Part shown: positions 58,043-64,000 of the stretch, in pieces
How the letters are laid out: every line of letters starts with the position of its first letter
How positions within the stretch are numbered: the first letter of the stretch is position 1
Origin: an uncultured Acidobacteriota bacterium
Lineage (GTDB): Bacteria; Acidobacteriota; Vicinamibacteria; Fen-336
Direction: 5' to 3'
DNA length: 64,000 nt
Assembly (NCBI GenBank): GCA_963729875.1
Contig: CAVSPR010000004.1
Location: 56,886 to 120,885, forward strand
Translations under genes and position numbers: made by a program
Notes under the pieces: model-generated
Seen by the model: the letters and a program-made list of their open reading frames with translations, nothing else
The model's database searches: none
Told to the model about the DNA's origin: nothing

Positions 58043-59421
58043 AGGTCGTCGTCGTCGGCGGGGGATTCGCGGGTCTCGCCGCCGCCACCCTGCTCCAGGA
58101 GCGGCGGCACGACGTCGTGCTCCTCGAGAGGCGGGGCGTCCTCGGCGGGCGGGCCACGTCCTCGCGGGACGCCGTGACCGGAGAGGACGTGGACAACGGC
58201 ACGCACCTGATGCTGGGCGCCTACTCCTCGACCCTCGACCTCGTCCGGCGCGCGGGGGCGGGGGACCTCCTGCTCCCGCAGGACAACCTGAAGATCGAGT
58301 GGATCGACGAGAGGGGAAGGGCCGCGCTCGAGTGCCCCCCGCTCGCCGCTCCGCTGCACCTCCTCGCCGGCCTCCTCGGCCTGCGCGTGCCCCTCGCGGT
58401 GAAGGTGCAGGCGATGCGCCTCGGCCTCGCGGTGCGCTTCGGCCGCCGGCCCTCGGGCCTCACCCTTGCCGAGTACTTCCGCCGCTGCGGCCAGGGCGAG
58501 GCGGCCCGCCGGCTGCTGTGGGACCCCCTCGCCCTCGCCGTGCTCAACGAGCCCGTCGAGCGGGCGGCGGCGGTGCTCTTCCACCGGGTGTACCAGGAGG
58601 CCTTCCTCCGCGACCACCGGGCCTCGCGCCTCTTGTTCCTGCGGTGCGGCTGGGGCGTCCTGTTCGAACGCCTCGGGCGCTACTTCGAGAGCCGCGGCGG
58701 CACCGTGCGTCGCGGGGCGCGGGCCGACGCGATCCTGGTCGAAGGCGGACGTGCGACGGGGGTCCGCCACGCGCAGCGCGCGGCGACGCGGGAGGAGGTG
58801 GCCGCGGGCCGCGCGCCCGAGCCCCGCGTGGAGAGGGCCGACGCCGTGGTCGCCGCCGTGCCCGCCCCCGCCTTGAAGGGCCTTCTGCCGGACGAGTGGC
58901 GGGGGCGCCCCCCGTTCGGAGCGCTCGAGCGCCTCTCGGGCTCGCCCATCGTGTCGGTCGAGATGTGGCTCGATCGCGTGGTCGTGGACCGGCCGATGCT
59001 CGGCCTGCGCGCGTGCGACATGGAGTGGGTGTTCGACAAGGGGCGGCTCTACGGCCGCGAGGGCGCACCGCAGCACCTCGCGTTCATCGTGAGCGCGGCC
59101 TACCGCAGCGCGGGGAAGACGAACGCGGAGCTGGTCGCGGCCGCCGAGGGCGCGCTGCGCCGCTACTTCCCGGCGATGGCGGGAGCGCGGGTCGAGCGCA
59201 CTCTCGTCCTGCGCGAGCCCTCCGCCACGTTCGCCTCGAGCCCGCAGGTCGAGGCCCTCCGCCCCGGCCCCGACGCGCCGATCGCGGGCCTCTTCCTGGC
59301 CGGGGACTGGACCGACACCGGGCTGCCCGCGACGATCGAGGGAGCCGTGCGCAGCGGCCTGCGCGCGGCCCGGCACGCGCGGGCCTTCCTGCTGTCCCAC
59401 GGCCGGCCGGCGGGGCCGTGA
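58039..59421 (+). CDS. hpnE: hydroxysqualene dehydroxylase HpnE (FAD-dependent amine-oxidase fold)
   Basis: ATG overlaps the hpnD stop (ATGA). MKVVVVGGGFAGLAAATLL..ERRGVLGGRA (dinucleotide fold); C-terminal LFLAGDWTDTGLPATIEGAVRSG. Confidence 0.85.
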   Translation: MKVVVVGGGFAGLAAATLLQERRHDVVLLERRGVLGGRATSSRDAVTGEDVDNGTHLMLGAYSSTLDLVRRAGAGDLLLPQDNLKIEWIDERGRAALECPPLAAPLHLLAGLLGLRVPLAVKVQAMRLGLAVRFGRRPSGLTLAEYFRRCGQGEAARRLLWDPLALAVLNEPVERAAAVLFHRVYQEAFLRDHRASRLLFLRCGWGVLFERLGRYFESRGGTVRRGARADAILVEGGRATGVRHAQRAATREEVAAGRAPEPRVERADAVVAAVPAPALKGLLPDEWRGRPPFGALERLSGSPIVSVEMWLDRVVVDRPMLGLRACDMEWVFDKGRLYGREGAPQHLAFIVSAAYRSAGKTNAELVAAAEGALRRYFPAMAGARVERTLVLREPSATFASSPQVEALRPGPDAPIAGLFLAGDWTDTGLPATIEGAVRSGLRAARHARAFLLSHGRPAGP

Positions 59422-59509
59422 GACCACACTGCTTCCCTCGCCTGCGCTGGGCGGCCGCCCTGTGCCTGGCGGTGTACGTGCCCGCCTATGCGCTCGCCTA
59501 CTCGCTCGG

Positions 59510-60031
59510 TCACCTGCTCCTGTCGAAGCTCTGCGCGGTGGCCGGGGCCGGGGTGCCGCCGAAGTAGCTCGCGCCGTCCTGCCAGGACGTCGTCGCGGGG
59601 CTGAAGACGACGAGCGGCCGGTCCGACCGGGCGGCCCACAGCGCCCACAGCTCGTCCCGCTCCAGCGGCCCGACGAGCTGGGCGTCGAGGACGCCGAGCA
59701 CCCGCCCCCCGACCCGCTCCACGCGCTCGTCGACCGGCCACTGCTCCTCGCCGGCCCGGAGGGCGCGCCGGCCTCCCGGCCCCTCGTTGGTTGGCGCGAA
59801 GATCGCTTCGCCCGGGCCGAGCCCCGAGTCCGCCCACTCGCCGTGGGCGGCGTCGTAGAAGAGCCATCGCCCGGCGACGGGGTTCAGCACGAGCCGGTCC
59901 CCCGAGAGGTCCAGCGTCCATTCCCCCGTCGTCCCCGCGCAGTCCGGCAGGGCGCCCTCGGCCTGCCACCGCAGGAAGCGCCGCTCGATGTCGAGCTGGC
60001 TGGCGAGCCGGCCAGGGTCAGTCGAGGTCAT
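59510..60031 (-). CDS. hypothetical protein (last gene of a three-gene unknown operon)
   Basis: 173-aa ORF with high GC3. Its ATG (60031) lies inside the last codons of the upstream gene (14-nt overlap). I recognise no motif. Confidence 0.5.
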   Translation of the reverse strand: MTSTDPGRLASQLDIERRFLRWQAEGALPDCAGTTGEWTLDLSGDRLVLNPVAGRWLFYDAAHGEWADSGLGPGEAIFAPTNEGPGGRRALRAGEEQWPVDERVERVGGRVLGVLDAQLVGPLERDELWALWAARSDRPLVVFSPATTSWQDGASYFGGTPAPATAQSFDRSR

Positions 60032-62098
60032 TGAAGCGTCCCGCCCGGCGGTAGGACTGGACCATCGTGTCGATCTGCTTCAGTCGGGCGGCCTTCTCGG
60101 CCTCGGTCCCGGGTCCAGTGCGGACGCTCTCCGCCTCCTTCCGCCGGAAGGTCTCGAGGCCCTGGTCCTCGGTGCCGCCCGCTTTCGTCGCCGCGCGAAC
60201 CTCGTCGTGCACCCGGCACTCGGCGGCCTCCTGCCCGAAGTCGCCGGAGCCCTTGAAGCGCATGTCCGCCCCCAGCCGCTCCTTCCAGCGGGCGCGCCAC
60301 TCGGCCTCCGGCACCATCTGCCTCTGGCCCCCGCGCATCCCTTCCCAGTAGTCGAGCACGTAGCGGCGGCCGTCGGGCAGGATGACCCGTGTCGCCACGT
60401 GGTTGCAGGGCTTGATCCACGTGTCGTACGCGGCGAGCACCTGTCCGGGCACCGAGGAGTCCCGGACGACGTCCACGAGCGCGAGGTCGACGATCGCCGC
60501 GTCGGCGGCGTCGCCGAGGACCTCGCGCAGTCGCGCCTTCGTGTCCGCGACGCCGAGGTCTCCGGCCTGCTCGCAGCGGATGGGCTTGCTGGGCACGTGG
60601 CCTGCCGGGGGCAGGCCCGAGGCGTTGTTGCCCGGAGAATCGGAGGTGTAGACGGCCCACGCCACGGCGTCCACCACTCGCTGGACCGGGAGGACCTGGT
60701 CGTAGCCGGGGTTGACGACCCGGTAGCCCTGGTCGAGCAGCTGACGCTGCCCCTCTCGAAAGCCATCCTGGAGCCCGACCGCCACGGCATCGGCCCCGAT
60801 GCGCTCGGCGTCCTGTTGGACCTCGTCTTCCAGCGACCGGATCTCGCCGTCCCGCCGGTCGATCGACTGCCGGCGCGCATCGATCCTCCGATCGCCCGCG
60901 GAGATGTCACGGGCCACGTCGCCGAGGTCGTCGGGACGGCACATGTCGGCCAGGTCTGTCTCCGCCTTGCGGTCGAGCCAGGCGTGCCGCTGCCGGTCCT
61001 GGGCGTAGAGGTTCGGCGAGACCCACCCGCCAACCTCGGCGCTCCACACCTCTCCGAGGTCGTTCGTGTCGCCGTCGGCGTGGGGCGGCTCGGCGAAGAG
61101 CACCTGCGGGGGAGGCGGCGGCTCCGGCGCGGTGGTGAGAAGGCCGCCGAGGCCGCCGAGAAGGTCTCCGAGGCCGGCCCCGTTGGCGCGCGCGAGCAAC
61201 CAGGCGCCGAGGCCGGTGAGCAACCCGCTCCCGAAGGTCGCCGCGGCCGTCTCGCCCGCCGTCGGAGGTTCCGGCTCCCGCGATTCCGGTTCCTGCGGTA
61301 TGTCCCCGTCGTTTCCCCCGGCGTTCGACCCCCGGCGCCCCCGGCGTCCGGGCTGGCGGCCGCCTCGCCGGGTGCCGCCGCCTCGACGCCCGTGGCCGGC
61401 TCGGGGACGGCCGTCGGTTCCGCCGTCGGCTCCGCCGTCGGCTCGCTCGGGCGGGTGGCGGGGGGCGAGAGCTTCTGCGACGACTGCAGCTCGCCGACGG
61501 GGAGCTGCAGCAGGCAGCCGTAGGACCAGGGATCGAAGGCCTGGTTTCGCTCCTTCCACTGGTCGTACATGACGAAGCGCCCCTTGGCGCCCTCTCCCAC
61601 CCATTCCATCTTGCGGTCGACGATGTGGCCCTCGACCACGCTGACCGTCATCTGCAGCCGGCCGTCCGCGTCGGACTGACCGGTCACGACACCTTCGTAG
61701 TTCACGCGCATGTACTCGCCGTCGTCCCGGTCCTTGCAGCTGCGGTAGTAGTTGCGCGCCCGTGAGACCCATCGCCCCTCGAGGACCCCGCGGACGAAGG
61801 TGGCGCGGATCTCCTGCTGATAGTCGATGTCGACGATGCAGTCAGGAACACTGTGGTGATCCGTGTGCGTGTACGTCTGGGCGACCTCGGTTCCCCGGAA
61901 CCGGAAGACGGCCTTGTCGCCTTCCAACTGCTCCGCGGTCAGCTTTCCGGAGCCTGTTTTGTCCCGATACCACCCGCTCGTGGGCCGGACGTCGAAGTCC
62001 CGCGGCAGCAGGAGCAGCACCTCCTCGGCCCACCCGGGACCGGCGAGCCCCGCCGCGAGGAGAGCGGCGATGCAAAGGGGCCGACCCGCGCGCCTCAT
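60018..62098 (-). pseudogene. secreted/membrane-anchored protein of unknown function with (EPTA)n linker; two extra bases in G5 runs
   Basis: ATG 62098 overlaps the upstream stop (ATGA). MRRAGRPLCIAALLAAGLAGPGWA signal. ~200-aa N-terminal domain; PSEPTAEPTAEPTAVPEP linker. After 61314-61336 the frame is displaced by two bases: ..IPQEPESREPEPP.., Gly-rich hydrophobic FGSGLLTGLGAWLLARANGAGLGDLLGGLGGLL. ~420-aa C-terminal domain (..KPIRCEQAGDL..CNHVATRVILPDGRRYVLDYWE..). 2081 nt minus 2 is a multiple of 3. Confidence 0.6.
61410..61445. repeat. 12-nt unit x3 tandem repeat (GCCGTCGGYTCS) encoding EPTA-EPTA-EPTA on the minus strand
   Basis: gccgtcggttcc / gccgtcggctcc / gccgtcggctcg, read directly from 61410-61445. 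Confidence 0.85.
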
Positions 62099-62652
62099 GC
62101 CACGCCTCGGCGCAGGAGGGAAGCGCGTGCCAGGAGGGTGGCGCTCTGCCCGACCACGAGCCCGGTTCCGAAGAGCAGGAGCACCATCCCCGACGCCGGC
62201 ACACGCCCCAGCGCGACGGCGAGGAGCTGCTGGAGGAGGAAGACGGCTCCCCAGATCGCGAGATGGGCAACGCCGCCTTGGCGTCGGACGAGCCCGCCCT
62301 CGAGCCGGAGCCGGGTGGCGAAGGACCAGGCGGCCCCGAGCAGCCCTCCGAACAGGAGCGCGGCGAGCCAGACGAGCGGCCCGACGCGCACGCCGAGCAG
62401 GCCCGCGAACACGAGGACGCTGAGCGCGCTGACCGCGATGGAGAGGAGCTGCGCCTTCGTCGACACCGTGGTCGAGCGCCGCGTCGTCCGCACCATCGCG
62501 ACGACCGAGAGCACCGTCATCCCCACGCCGAGCAGGGCGAGCAGGCGGAAGAAGAGCGGCGGGCTGACCACGAGGACGACGAGCGCGACGACCGCCGCCA
62601 GGAAGGCCAGCACGAGCGCGCACCCGGCGAGCAGCCACCGCTTCGTGTCCAT
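62095..62652 (-). CDS. polytopic membrane protein, unknown function (first gene of the three-gene operon)
   Basis: MDTKRWLLAGCALVLAFLAAVVALVVLVV.. with five to six hydrophobic helices. ATG 62652 is preferred over 62691. Confidence 0.6.
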   Translation of the reverse strand: MDTKRWLLAGCALVLAFLAAVVALVVLVVSPPLFFRLLALLGVGMTVLSVVAMVRTTRRSTTVSTKAQLLSIAVSALSVLVFAGLLGVRVGPLVWLAALLFGGLLGAAWSFATRLRLEGGLVRRQGGVAHLAIWGAVFLLQQLLAVALGRVPASGMVLLLFGTGLVVGQSATLLARASLLRRGVA

Positions 62653-62784
62653 CAAGCCTCCGTCGTGCCGAGAGAGCAAGCCACGTGCCACCGCATTTCG
62701 AGCCCGGAGTGTGCGGGGCGCTGGGCCGCAGGGCTCATGCCGGTGAGCCGAACGATCCGGGGGTGTCTCGATTCCGGCGCCGCG

Positions 62785-64000
62785 CTACAGCCGGCGCGTG
62801 ACGTTCGGGAAAGACCGCCAGACCGGCACGCCGCAGAAGTGCTCGCCCTCGGTGCACCGGGGCGTGACGTGGCCATTGCGCAGGACGCACGGCGGGCCCA
62901 TGTGGCGGACGAGCCGGGGGTGGACGGCCCGCACCTGATCGAGCTCGTCCATCGAGGCCCGGTAGATCTCCTCCTGCGCGTTGAAGCAGGTGCGCAGGAC
63001 CCACTTGTGGGAGAGGTACAGCAGGCTGCCGCTCTCGTGGAAGCGCAGGGCCTTCGCGTTCGGCAGCAGGTAGAGCGCCGCCTCGAGCGGGACGCCCATC
63101 TCGAGCAGGCGGTTCTTGGCCGCCCACGCCCGCGCCATCGCCTCCTCGTACTCCGCCCGCGCGGCGGGGTTCGCGGCGACGAGGGGAGGCGTCACGCAGT
63201 CGGGCCGGCGCGTGTCGGTGAGCGTCATGAGCGGCCGCGAGGCGGGGACCATCCGGTGCCGCTGGTCCTGGCTGTCCGCGGTGTGGGAGAGCTTCTTGAG
63301 GAAGGTATAGGTCGCGTGGTGCATGGCCCGGCCGAGGGGCGAGTGCACCGACAGCTGCAGCGTCTCCAGGCGGTAGCGGTTCAGGCCGGGGTCGAGGAGC
63401 CGCTCGAGGGCGTCGTCGTCACCGAGCTGGGCGGGGGAGGTCCCGAGGACGGCCCGCACCGCCTCGGCGGTCGTCTCCTCCGCCCGTGCCATGTGGTCCA
63501 CGAGCAGGGAGACGCGGTCCCCGAGCCGCGCGTCGATCCGCGCCGCCTCGGAGTCGCCGTCCATCTCGACCCGGGGCAGGTGTGCCTCCACCACCCCGGT
63601 CTCTTCGAGCGGCCCCTGGCCGATACGCGCGAAGAAGGCGGGATCCCTCTCCTGCACGAGGCCGACCATCGCCTCCAGCACCGCGCGGGTCTCGGCCGGG
63701 GCGTCCCCCGTGCGCATCATCCGGTAGAGCCGGTGGAGCACGATGCCCGAGACCGTGTGCACCATCGACGTGAAGGCCGCCACCGGGATCACGTAGCGGG
63801 CGATCTCGATCGCCTTCTTCTCGGCCTCGCGCTCGACCTTCTTCCGGCGTTTCTCGGAGGCGTTCGGGGTGAGGTGCCTCAGCTCGGAGAGGATCCGCAG
63901 GGTGTCGGCCTTGAGCAGCAGCGTGAGACGTCGGTAGCTCTCCCAGGCCGCCTCGACGGCGCCCTCGTAGACGGAGCGCGCCTCCGGCGACAGGCCCTCC
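62785..64000 (-). CDS. ThyX-like (Thy1-family, FAD-dependent thymidylate synthase-like) protein, 5' end beyond window
   Basis: The ORF is open to the window edge. ..LSHTADSQDQRHRM.. and ..HKWVLRTCFNAQEEIYRASMDEL.. resemble the ThyX RHR and R.C..AQ.EIR regions. Atypical length and a Cys-rich C-terminus (CVLRNGHVTPRCTEGEHFCGVPVW). Confidence 0.5.
   Translation of the reverse strand, partial: EGLSPEARSVYEGAVEAAWESYRRLTLLLKADTLRILSELRHLTPNASEKRRKKVEREAEKKAIEIARYVIPVAAFTSMVHTVSGIVLHRLYRMMRTGDAPAETRAVLEAMVGLVQERDPAFFARIGQGPLEETGVVEAHLPRVEMDGDSEAARIDARLGDRVSLLVDHMARAEETTAEAVRAVLGTSPAQLGDDDALERLLDPGLNRYRLETLQLSVHSPLGRAMHHATYTFLKKLSHTADSQDQRHRMVPASRPLMTLTDTRRPDCVTPPLVAANPAARAEYEEAMARAWAAKNRLLEMGVPLEAALYLLPNAKALRFHESGSLLYLSHKWVLRTCFNAQEEIYRASMDELDQVRAVHPRLVRHMGPPCVLRNGHVTPRCTEGEHFCGVPVWRSFPNVTRRL

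Noticed and set aside
59417-59567. A 49-codon ORF (VRPHCFPRLRWAAALCLAVYVPAYALAYSLGHLLLSKLCAVAGAGVPPK) overlapping the hpnE stop.
   Set aside because: The only support is one hydrophobic stretch. It overlaps the 3' end of the convergent 59510-60031 gene by ~58 nt and has no recognisable family, so it is not reported as a feature.

Overview
Very GC-rich bacterial chromosomal segment. Third codon positions are almost always G/C, so long spurious ORFs appear in every frame. I support about 50 genes. I found no rRNA, tRNA, CRISPR array, transposase or integrase.

Most of the window is housekeeping, in tightly coupled operons with many ATGA/GTGA/TGATG stop-start overlaps: uvrC, trpS-scpA-scpB, rluB-hisC-cmk, gcvT-gcvH-gcvP, rarA plus a TrmH-type methyltransferase, greA, a YitJ-type homocysteine methyltransferase/MTHFR fusion, lpxD-bactofilin, uvrB and hpnC-hpnD-hpnE. 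A VWA protein with the Acidobacteria-type N-terminal signature and zinc-ribbon/multi-TM Ser/Thr kinases hint at Acidobacteriota; this is inference only.

Four things deserve a second look.

1. A minus-strand accessory block at 28.8-41.3 kb. It holds two giant secreted proteins (FG-GAP/VCBS repeats versus Calx-beta domains) that share a C-terminal FN3-like plus PQQ_2/BamB-type beta-propeller module. A small secreted protein lies between them. Downstream sits a translationally coupled cassette: a leader-like mini-ORF, a PqqD-type RRE, a radical SAM/SPASM enzyme and an HPr-kinase-like P-loop protein. I cannot assign this cassette to a described pathway.

2. Unusually dense c-di-GMP and phospho-signalling content: a GGDEF-PilZ fusion, an FHA-EAL protein, a degenerate-GGDEF/EAL protein, two tandem Ser/Thr kinase paralogs, and a GspE/PilB-like pseudo-ATPase carrying a tandem MshEN-type c-di-GMP-binding motif.

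3. A greA / degenerate-UvrC-N-half paralog / degenerate patatin-like operon.

4. A striking frameshift signature. All 15 reading-frame breaks I could resolve to the nucleotide are single extra bases, mostly in G or C runs. They are concentrated in the accessory block but also hit uvrC, scpB and rarA. I therefore label these genes pseudogene, but consensus or basecalling error is the more likely cause.
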